Source: Mustelus asterias (Eukaryota). Taken from it: a stretch of 64,000 bases of DNA. A program made the position numbers and the translations under genes. The stretch is from positions 111,228,001 to 111,292,000 of the forward strand of contig NC_135808.1 in the NCBI RefSeq assembly GCF_964213995.1, read 5' to 3'. Below, one piece after another: positions 1 to 10,100 of the stretch; position 1 is the first letter of the stretch; each line of letters begins with the position of its first letter. The notes under the pieces are model-generated. The model was not told the DNA's origin. It saw only the letters and a list, made by a program, of their open reading frames with translations, and made no database searches.

Positions 1-197
1 TTGAGGTTAAAATTCGATCAATCACGATCTTATTGAATGGCGGAGCAGGCTTGAGGGGCAGAGTGGCCTACTTGTAATTCATGTGTTCATATCAAAATAC
101 AAAGCATGAAAATTCTTAGTTAATGGCAAACCAAATCAGATGCTTTGATAAAGCGATTGATGCTTTCTTTTTAAAATTTGACTTCGTAAATAATTAC

Positions 198-260
198 CTG
201 CGTTATTTCATCAGGAGTTTTTTCTTGCACCATGTCCAGATTGAGAATGGAATGAAGCGT
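198..260 (-). CDS. ATPAF1: ATPAF1 exon 4
   Basis: ttttag|ACG CTT CAT...ACG CAG|gtaatt; 63 nt, TLHSILNLDMVQEKTPDEITQ. Confidence 0.88.
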
Positions 261-3200
261 CTAAAACAAGAATAAACCAAAAGACTCAAGATACATCAGG
301 CAAATCAGCTGAACAAAGAAAATAATGAAGGCGGCTGAAGTTGGAAATGTTGATTTATATTTAGACAAAGTAATCAGGAGCAATTACTTCAGATTAAAAA
401 TAGTGAAAGCTATTTTTTTTGTTTCCCTTTTACATCTTCTTTAACTTTCCTCTCTGAACTCCATACCATTCCAAAGTTGACAGGACAAGACAACCCATGT
501 GAAAACAACTGCTGGTCTATGAACAGATGCTAGAGCTGTGAGAAGTTTTCAGCCTTTGTGGGTTTCCTCCGGATGCTCCAGTTTCCTCCCACACCCCAAA
601 GATGTGTGGGTTAGGTTGATTGGCCATGCTAAATTGACCCCAATATCAGGGGGATTAGTAGAGTAAATGTGTGGGGTTACGGGAATAGGGCCTGGTGGGA
701 TTATGGTCAGTACAGACTTGATGGGCCAAATGGCCTCCTTGTAGGGATTATGATTCAGTGAAAGCAGTTCACTTTTATTCATCATGGAGTGAGGAAAATT
801 CCAAGCTACACATTGCTAACATACATACCAGATGCTCAACACTCTGACTCAGGCAATCACTCACAGCATTGATATTGATTCAACTGTAATCCAGTTCAGG
901 TTTACAACTGCAAAATAATCTCAATCAGCCAAGATGCCCCTGCACTATTCTGCATGCATGAGATCAAAACAGTTTCAGGCTTTGCGCATTGCTAATCTTA
1001 GCTGTCATAGTTTTTTGGCTCAATTTAAAGAAAACTATCAAAAAAAGAGAAAGGCAGCAATTAAATGGATGGTTTAAGCAAACCTATCAAGCATGACAGT
1101 AGCAATGAGTGCATTTCTCTATTAAGCGCAGAGTTTCAGGGGAACACACACCTCTTACCTTATCCTTGAGACCAATTGGCTTTCCAGTTGTTCTTTCGCC
1201 AAGTTTTTTTGACTAAAAAAAAATAAACATGTTTTAAAAAATACTCAAACGCAATCAAGTTCTGGCCATCCCAGGACCTAGCATCATCTAACCATGAGTA
1301 CTTAAAAAAAAACAATTGTAGTCTACTGCTCAAATCTAGCCACCTAGTTGTTTAATTAAAGGAACTTGCAAATTATTCGTGAGACAGATGACTGATTCAA
1401 TTTCACACTAATTACTGGCAGATTCCATTTAAAAAGGAATTTACACTCAGTGAGCACAACACAAAAGCATTACAAAATAATTTGAACATAAAATGTTCAT
1501 AAAAAGTCAAACACAAATTATTCCAATAAAAGGGAAATGCTGCAGAAACCCGAAATTACAACAGAAGAGCTGCCAACACTCAGCAGTTCTGGCAGCATCT
1601 GTGGAGAGGAAACATTTCAATTATGAATTTTCTTCAGAACTGAAGGAAAGTAGAAATATGATCGGTTTTAAGTTACGGATGGGGGTGGAAGAAAACAGAA
1701 GGTCTACAAGAAGGACAGGAAAGTTTAAATGACAAAGATGTAATCGAACAAAAGGCAAAGGGAGTGTTATAATGTTTGCAAAGTCATTTAATGTTGTAAA
1801 GAAAGAAAGCATTTGTCCAGAGTGTGTATGAATGGCAGAATAATGAACACCTCAAGTCCATAATATCAAAAGTGGCACGCGGCAAAAAAAGAATCAAAAT
1901 GGGGGACAGAGTTTGTGATTTGAAATTGTTGAACTCAAATGTTAAGTCCAGAAAGTGCCTAATCGTAAGATATAATATGGAGATGCCGGCATTGGACTAC
2001 TGTGCTAATCGGAAGATAGAAGAGCTGTTCCTTGAGCTTGTGTTGAATTTCACTGGAACACATGCAGAGACCGAGGACGGGAATATGAGCGTGACAGCAA
2101 GGTGATGAGTTAAAATGGCAAGCAACAATAAGCTCAGGTTATGCTTGCAGACTGAGCGGAAGTGTTCCTGCAAAGCAGTCACCCAACCTGCTTTTGGTTT
2201 CCCCAATGTAGAAGAGACGACGTCGTAAGCACTGAGTAGTCCACTAAATTGAAACACCTAGGAGTATTTGGAACCTTGGCTGGTTGGGAGAGAGGATTAA
2301 AGGGGCAGTTGTTACACCTCCTGTGATTGCATGGGAAAGGGAAGTGGTGTTGAAGGTGATTGAGTAGCCGCCAAGGATGTCACAGAGTTCCTTTCAGAAT
2401 GGTGACAAGGGAAGGGAAGATGTTTTCAGTGGTGCGATTATGGAAATGGTGGAGGATGATCCTTTAATGGAATATGGAGGTTGGTGGGGTGGAAGGAGAA
2501 TCAAGCAGAATCCTATCTTGGTGGGAGGGAAAGGGATGCAAGCAAGAGATGCAGGAAATGGGTTGGACATGGTTGAGGGTCTTGTCAAACACAGTGGGAG
2601 GGAATCCATGATTGAGGAAAAAGGAAGACATATCAAAAGTGATGCAAGGTTGCATCTACTTTCCTGCCTGCCCCATAACTCTTGTAGGTCAAAAGTCTGC
2701 CGAAAGTAGCCTTGAATATATCCAATGACTTGGCCGCCACTGCGCAGTGGAAGAGAATTCCAATGACTAACAACCCACTGAGGGAAGAAATTTTCATCAA
2801 CAACCTCTGCGGCAGCGTGTGGAATCTCATTCCCTCAGAATTAAACTAAAGTTGGAAATTTAAAAAAACTTATTTTATCTCGCTCTTAACCTCATCGGCC
2901 CTTTCCTCTTGACATGCAGGTCTGAAAATTCTTCAATCTGATAATTGAAGAATGATGCTATTCTTTGAACTGGTGAAATATGTTTCAGATCTCCTATAGA
3001 GGATGACATGCTGGATTAGACACCCAATGACATGTTTCCACTGAGATGTGTACAACAACTCTGGACAACTGTCAGTGAGCCCTGTACTTTCGCTGCTAAC
3101 CATAACATCGGGATCATGTGAAAGGAAGTGCAGCACGTTTCCAACTGAATACACGTGTGTAATTGCAATCATTCCTGACTCAATTCTGGCAGTTCCCAGA

Positions 3201-6200
3201 CATTGCACAGGGCGATTTTCATTCTTCCATGGATTGATGTCTGTAATAAGCCAACAACAGACATGCAATGTCTAAAGCAGGAAGTGTAAATTAGACATAA
3301 ATGTACAACAGTTGCGAAGCAATATACAAAAAAAACTGTCATTAAAAATCTTTCACTGCAGTCACAAACATTGTAATATTTGAAACATTTTAGAACATAA
3401 TCACTGTGAACTTCCATGAAGAGGTTTCTGTTCTACTGTTGTAGTTCCAAGTATGTTTCTGCTGAAGTTGCAGCACTGAAATAGGATAAAGCCCTAAGAA
3501 AAGTTACATCATTCTGCACCACTACCCACTCCACCACTATGCCCAGTTGCATAAGGTCCATAAAAAGAGAGACTTGGAAAGTGTAATGGCTAATAAGACA
3601 CTTGTTGTTTACCAGGAGAGTGATGTACAGCTACGGAGTTCCCCTGCCCTATCCCACACAGGCAGTTCCTAAATAGCGACCATTCTATTATACTCAAAAG
3701 AAAATGAATCCAGAGAACTCACAATAACAAAAAGGGATTTGAGGAAACATTGTAATTAATGATATAACTGATGTGTTCATAAGGATAGTTTCTTTTTAAA
3801 CGCATTCAGGTACAACACATTTTAATGAAGAAAATTGTACAGATTCTTGCCTTCTCTTCCATGAGTCTGATAAACTCGCCCTGTTTTGAATGTCCTAAAG
3901 GGTGTCTCTTAACATCTTCTTTCTTTGCCATACGAGCTTCATATTCATCTGGTTTTGTCCTAGAATCAAAAAATATGTGCATTTATGGAGAGGTTTAATG
4001 CAAACATTTTAAAATTCATTCATGAAGTGTGAGCATTGCTGGTAATGCCAAAATGTATTGCCCCCTAATCATCCTCAAGTAGGTGAGCCATTTTCTTGAA
4101 CTGCTGCAGGCCACGTACTGTATGAGCACCAAGTATTGTTCAGGAAAGGGTTCCAGGATTTGGTTCAGCGACAGTGAACGGACAGCGATATTGCCCCAGG
4201 TCAGGACTTGGAGCGATTCGGAGGTGGTGGTGTTCCCATACATCTGCTGCCCTTGTCATTCTAGGTAATAGAGGTCACAAGTTTAGGTGTTGCTGAGGGT
4301 GCCTCGGTGAGTTGCTGCAGTACATCTTGTAGATGATACACACTGCTGTCACTGTGTGTGGTGGAGTGAAGGTTCAAGCTGGTGGATGAAGTGCCAATCA
4401 AACAGGCTGCTTTGTCCTGGATTGCATCAAGCTTCGTGAGTGGAGAGTATTCCAACACACTTCTGATATGTGCTTTGTAGATGGTGGACAAGCATTGGGA
4501 AGTTCAGTTTCTGGTTAATGGTGATCTTGCGGATGTTGATATTGGGGGGATTCAGCGATGATAGTGGCACTGAATGTCAAGTAGAAATTGTTGGATTCTC
4601 TGTCGCATTGGCAATAGTCACTGCTTCAGTCTGTGAGTCACAAATGCTGTCATCAGCGAACATCCCCCTTTCGGACCTTACGATGGAAGAAAGGTCATTG
4701 ATGAAGCAGCTAAAGGTGGTTGGGCCTAGGACAGAATCCTGAGGAACTCCTGCAGTGATGTCCTGGAACTGAGATGTTTGACCCCCAACCACAATTATCT
4801 TCCTTCGTGCCAGGTATGACTCCCCTAATTCCCATCAACTCCAGTTTGGCTAGGGCTCCTTGATGCCACAATCAGTGAAATGTTGTCTTGGGGCAGTTAC
4901 TCTCACCTCATCCAAATTTAGGTAAGGTGGAATGAGGTCAGGTGTTGAGTGGGCCTGGTGGAATCCAAACTGAGCTTTGATGAGCAGGTTTTTTTGCTGT
5001 GCAAGTATCACTTGATAGCACTGTCGACAACAACTTTCATCACTTTGCTGATGATCGTAAGTAGACTGATAGGGCAGTAATTAGCTGGATTAGATCTGTC
5101 CTATTTTTTGCAGACAAGACGTATGGACAATTTTTCACAGATTGGGCAGGATGTAGTGTTGTAACTGTAGTAGAACAGCTTGGCTAGGGCTCATTCTAGA
5201 GCACAAATTTTCAGTACTATTGCCAGAATGTTGTCAGGGCCCATAGTCTTTGCAGCATCCAGTGCCTTCAGTCATTTCTTGCTATCACGTGGAGTTTTTT
5301 ATTTATTCAGTCAAGGGATATGGGTTTCATTGACCAGTCGAGCATTCATTGCCCATTCCTAGTTGCTGTTGAAAAGGTGGTGGTGAGTTGCCTTCTTGAA
5401 CTGCTGTTAGGGAAGGAGTTCCAGGATTTTCACCCAGCAACACTGAAGGGCAATATATTTCCAAGCCAGGCTGGTGAGTGGCTTGGAGGGGAACCTCCAG
5501 GTATCTGCTGCCCTTATCCTTCTAGGTGGTAGTGGTTATGGGTATGGAAGGAGCATTGGTGAGTTCCAACAACAACACATCTTACAGATGGTGCACATTG
5601 CTGCTGTGCATCAATGGTGGAGGGAGTGACTGTTTGTGGAAGGGATACCAAACAGGCTGCTTTGTCCTGGATGGTATCCAGCTTCTTGAATTTTGTTGGG
5701 GCGGCACTCATCCAGGCAAGGGGAGAGTCTTCCATCACACTCATGACTTGTGCTTTGAAGATTGTGGACAGGCTTTGAGGAGTCAGGAAGCAAGTTACTC
5801 ATCGCAGGATTCCTAAACTCTGACCTGCTCTTGTAGTCACAGTATTTACATGGCTAGTCCAGTTGTGGTTCCAATTAATAGTAAGCTCCCAGGCTGTTGA
5901 TAGTGGAGGATTTAATGAAGGTAATGCAATTTAATGTCATGCGGCAATGGTTAGATCCTCCCTTGCTGGAGGCTGTCATTCCCTGGCACTTGTGTGGTAC
6001 AACTGTTACTTGCCAATTGTCAGCCCAAGCCTGGATATTTTCCAAGTCTTGCTGTATTTGGACGTGAACTGTATGGAGTGAATCCAATTAAGTGAACACT
6101 AGTGTCTCTGATACTGGTAGCCTCAGAAGGCTGAGAGGGATCATCCACTCGGCACTTCTTAAAGGTTATTTATTAGTGTCACAAGTAGGCTTACATTAAC

Positions 6201-6727
6201 ACTGCAATGAAGTTAATGTGAAAATCCCCTAGTCGCCACACACCAGCACCTGTTCGGGTCCACTTCGGCATGGCCAATGCACCTAATCCGCACGCCTTTC
6301 AGACCCTGGGGTGAAACCTGAGCACCCGGAGGAAACCCATGCAGACACGGGGAGAACGTGCAAACTCCACACAGACAGCGACCCAAACCAGGAATCGAAT
6401 CGAATCCCAGGTCTCTGGTGCTGCGAGACAGCAGTGCTAATCACTGTGCCACCATTCCGCCCTTCTTGGTTGAAGATGCAGTATATAAACCAGCAGATGA
6501 GAACAGCCTCTCCCTCACCTCATGAGCTGCTGGATCTTAGTCTGGTATTTGCTGTAGAAAGGATTTTTCTGCAGCTCCTGCTCATCCTCGGCTTGACTTA
6601 AAATGCCGGACAGGGAGAAAGTGCGGAGCTGGTCGGACACCACGCCGAGCCCGAGGGGGAGAAGGCAGCGGTTCCTAACAGCCAGGGTCCGGTTGGAAAA
6701 GGACCAAAGCTCCCTCACCGCCGCCAT
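198..6727 (-). CDS. ATPAF1: ATP synthase mitochondrial F1 complex assembly factor 1 (Atp11 homolog), 5' part; exons 6727-6519, 3959-3851, 1212-1159, 260-198; continues beyond window start
   Basis: Spliced translation MAAVRELW...ELQKNPFYSKYQTKIQQLMR|TKPDEYEARMAKKEDVKRHPLGHSKQGEFIRLMEEK|SKKLGERTTGKPIGLKDK|TLHSILNLDMVQEKTPDEITQ resembles recalled human ATPAF1 (ELQANPFYDRYRDKIQLLRR...PVGHSRQGDFIK...KDKTLSSIFNIEMVKEKTAEEIKQ). Intron phases 2,0,0,0 are consistent. Confidence 0.93.
555..755 (+). mobile_element. HE1-type SINE, 5'-truncated
   Basis: gtgggtttcctccggatgctccagtttcctccc...gatgggccaaatggcctcc. Confidence 0.8.
1159..1212 (-). CDS. ATPAF1: ATPAF1 exon 3
   Basis: ttttag|TCA AAA...GAT AAG|gtaaga; 54 nt, SKKLGERTTGKPIGLKDK. 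Confidence 0.85.
1530..2690 (-). mobile_element. Decayed Penelope-like element 3' region with pLTR-like end
   Basis: Minus strand reads GFPPTVFDKTLNHVQPIS and VTALQEHFRSVCK; characteristic ctcagcagttctggcagcatctgtggagag end; hammerhead-like core at about 1611-1640. Confidence 0.6.
3851..3959 (-). CDS. ATPAF1: ATPAF1 exon 2
   Basis: ttctag|G ACA AAA CCA...GAA GAG AAG|gcaaga; 109 nt; GC donor required for frame. Confidence 0.88.
4015..6075 (-). mobile_element. Two tandem decayed CR1/L2-group LINE fragments (3' ends near 4015 and 5295)
   Basis: GVPQDSVLGPTTFSCFINDL...MFADDS, IYKAHIRSVLEYSP, QQDLENIQAWADNWQVT. Confidence 0.8.
6519..6727 (-). CDS. ATPAF1: ATPAF1 exon 1 (coding part), with an Arg-rich N-terminus resembling a mitochondrial presequence
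   Basis: AAGATGGCGGCG start context; 209 nt ending ATGAG|gtgagg; lies within the 6515..6832 ORF. Confidence 0.9.
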
Positions 6728-7060
6728 CTTATCCGCTCCCCCCGTGCACATCACAGAGCTCGGGCTGGAACCGCGCCCCGGGATAAAGGTTCCGCCCTCC
6801 AAAACTTTCAATCGCACAACTTCAAAAATCAATACTTCCTTAGTTTCATTGAATTATATTAAGAACAGGCTTCACATTTAGCTGCGAATTATAACTGACG
6901 CTGGACTGAGCTGTCGTGATGCAATGTGCTGATAAAAGGTCAAAGTGTCAATGTGGTCGAGTTGACGGACCTCATTCGGATGGTGGACGTCCAGAGCGGC
7001 AGCGGTGACCTTCTCAAGATGGCGGCGTAGCAACGGTGTGAGAGCCCGGTGGGGGGGTGA
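6715..7060. promoter_or_regulatory. CpG-rich bidirectional promoter shared by ATPAF1 and LRRC41, with two divergent YY1-type motifs
   Basis: Start codons at 6727 (-) and 7060 (+). AAGATGGCGGC occurs on minus at about 6719-6730 and CAAGATGGCGGC on plus at 7015-7026. CpG density is high against the CpG-poor flanks. Confidence 0.75.
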
Positions 7061-7177
7061 TGGAGCTGGGCAGCCCCGGGGAGGAGGACAGCCTCTGTCA
7101 ACATGTGCCCACTTTGTTCACCGTTTGTGCGAAGAATGTCAGCGAGAATATGGTTCGGCTGGAGCAGGGAGTGTGCG
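7060..7177 (+). CDS. LRRC41: LRRC41 exon 1 (BC-box)
   Basis: MELGSPGEEDSLCQHVPTLFTVCAKNVSENMVRLEQGVC, ending G|gtaaga. Confidence 0.85.
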
Positions 7178-10100
7178 GTAAGACTCGAAGCTGAGGCTTC
7201 ATTGTGTCTCTGGGTGACTGAGGCCCGGGCACCCGTCTGCCAGGCTCAGTCTGAGATAAGGGCAAGTTGCAGCTCAAGATCTGTCCGGATGTCAAAGTCT
7301 TTAGATTCGTGAGGAAAAAAGTCAGCAACAAATTTGCAAATGTTGCCTATCTTTTATTAGGTGATAGTTTAGTGGTCTTATTGCTAGACGATTAATCCAG
7401 AAATTCACCTAACATTCTGGGGACCCGGGTTCCAATCCTGCCATGGCAGATGGTGGAATTTGAATTCAATAAAAAAAATATGGAATTAAGAATCTACTGA
7501 TGACCATGAAACCATTGTCAATTGTCAGAAAAAACCCATCTAGTTCACTAATGTCGTTTAGGGAAGGAAATCTGCTGGCCGACATGTGACTCCAGTCACA
7601 GCCATGTGGTTGATTCTCAACTGCTCTGCTCAACCAGGATGCCCATGTCCCACAAATGAATTAAGAGAATTGTGGAACATGGGTGTTGCTGGCAGGCCAG
7701 CATTTATTGCCCATCCCTAGCTTTTTTTAAAAAGATGTGCTGGAGCGTGTCGACTTCTTGAAGCTGTCCCCGGCATACCCTCTAATTCTATCTTTTACTC
7801 TCCTATGCTTTAAAAACTTAACTCTAAGTCTCTTAAACTCTCATACTGTTTTATTTCAATCTCTTATTAAGATGGTCTTTCTCTACACCCTAGCTATGAC
7901 TAACAATACATTCTTACTTCTCCCCTGTCCTCAATGAACAATATGTGCGCAGGAAACAATACTTTTCACTGTATGCCAATGCATGTGACAATAATCAAAT
8001 TAAAAATTAATAAGACAATTTAAGCATAAAACCTACTTCCAACAAATCAAACAGATTTTTAAACAAATAACTGATGTACTCGTACTGGATCATAATCTAT
8101 GTGTGGTGCCCACTGACCACAGAAGTCTGTACTTAATGCAGTCTATTTCTCCAAGGGCTGTTTTTCGGCTGAAAGTTTGCACTTCCTTGTAACAGCCACT
8201 TCTAAGTCCCCATTCTGTGTTGTGTTCCATACACAGATTTGCCAACTGCAATTCTTCAAGAGCTGCTGCAGTTCCTTAACATTTATGATCTGGAGAGGAT
8301 GGAAGAGGTCGCAGTAAAGAAAGGTAAAATTACTTCAGGAATTTCACCCTCTAAATTCAAACTCCTGTAAACCATCTGTTTGGGACATTCATTTGGATCA
8401 TTTAAACCTTAATTTGAATCATTGAAATCTTCAAATTAAAAGTTATAACTGATTATTAATTTTAGTATTGCGCTTTTCTCTTCTGTGTATTTTTAACTGT
8501 TAATGCCATGATTTCATCAAAGGAAATGTTGTGAAGGAATTTCTTCTGAATTGACATACAAGGTAACTGGTTATGAGCACCTTTAATCAGAACCATAAAG
8601 CCAGACAACTGATCGGATAATGTGCATCTTGTTTATCATTGTAACAAATGAAGGGATTATGGGTATCTTATCTGATTTTTGAGCATCTGAATTTTCCTTT
8701 TTTTGTATTCTTCTGTCTATGTGTTGGATAATGCCATGATTAGCAAAGTAGTTTTAAAAAATAATTGCTGAAGAAAAAGAGACATGCTGCCAGAGCTTTT
8801 CATCTTGCATTCCTCAAGACAAAAGCAAGAATGCCAAATTTCAAAGGGAGCAAAAGTAGAGTAACAGGTGTTGATTTGTTGACATGTTGGTTGAGATGTT
8901 GCCATGGAGAATGCACCAGGCAACTATTGTCCCCCACACTTTATTCAAAAAAAACAATGCCTGCAAATGCTCTTTTTGCCTAGAGTACAGGTTCCTGCAT
9001 GCGAATCTGTTCCTGTGTGAATCTATGCAGCTTCTAGCAAATGTAAGTGAGCTACATTGTGGGCCTGACCAATAATCTTAAATTGGTTATTAGTGTAATT
9101 CTTAGTATACTTGGGATTGTTCAGCAAGCACTGTCCAATCACGAAAACATAGTGTGGGGGACAATACTTCCCTGATGCATTAGTCAAGGCATTACCATGG
9201 ATAATAAAATTTGACTTACCAACCAATCACCACCTTTTTCTTGTGCAATACATATTGTTGCTCTTTTTGAAATTCTTGCATCTGTCTTGATGAGTGCAAG
9301 ACAAAAAGCTTCAACAGTGTGTCTTTTTTTTCAGCAATACTCGGGTTCTGCACCACTAAGCAATTGTAAAAAATAATTATTTGGATCAGAACCCATTCAC
9401 AATGATCTGCTCCAACGTAGCATCAAATTAATAGCTTGAAAGCTAAATATCAGAAGAACGGGGGTTGAATGGCATACTAAAATAAGCGTTATACTAAATA
9501 ATACTCAGGCTCATGTGACAATACTGGTATTCTTTCACTTGTATGTTCATGTTCAGAAACTTTTCATTTAGTAATTTTTCATTTTAATTTTAAACTAGTT
9601 GTTAAACTAAGGTTCCAACTGCCTCTTCTGCTGGGTCAGATAGATATTGGCAAACTCATAGCACAGTTTGAAGGGGAGCAGGAGAACTAGCCAGTGTTCT
9701 GGCCAATACTTTTTCTCTAAAGCAATAGTATGGAAATAAACAATTACTTACTCTTTTATCATGTCTGTAGTTGGGATGTTTCTAACACAATGGCACTCAA
9801 GTCAAGGCACATTGCAAAACTTTGGGATGTTTCAATCCGTAAGTGAAAATGCCACATTTATTTCTACCTGTAAACATTAATGCATTTAGAGCATATTTAC
9901 TCCTTCCTTCATAGAATACATATTTTAATGGCAGTCATTAATCTCAAAAGACAATGAGGTAAGACCCCAAACAGTTTAATTACTTTACCATAGCTGAAGT
10001 GCCCAATTCTCATGCGACAATCCTTGCTGCAGTGGCTGCACACACAAATCAAAGGGTCGGATGATAAAGTCTGTGCAGTATTGACTTGTGAACCTTGATG

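Noticed and set aside
6728-6832. Upstream in-frame extension of ATPAF1 in the ORF track (MIFEVV...MCTGG)
   Set aside because: It runs through promoter sequence from a non-ATG start. The ATG at 6727 has strong Kozak context and begins a presequence-like peptide, though an upstream ATG about 8 codons earlier cannot be excluded.
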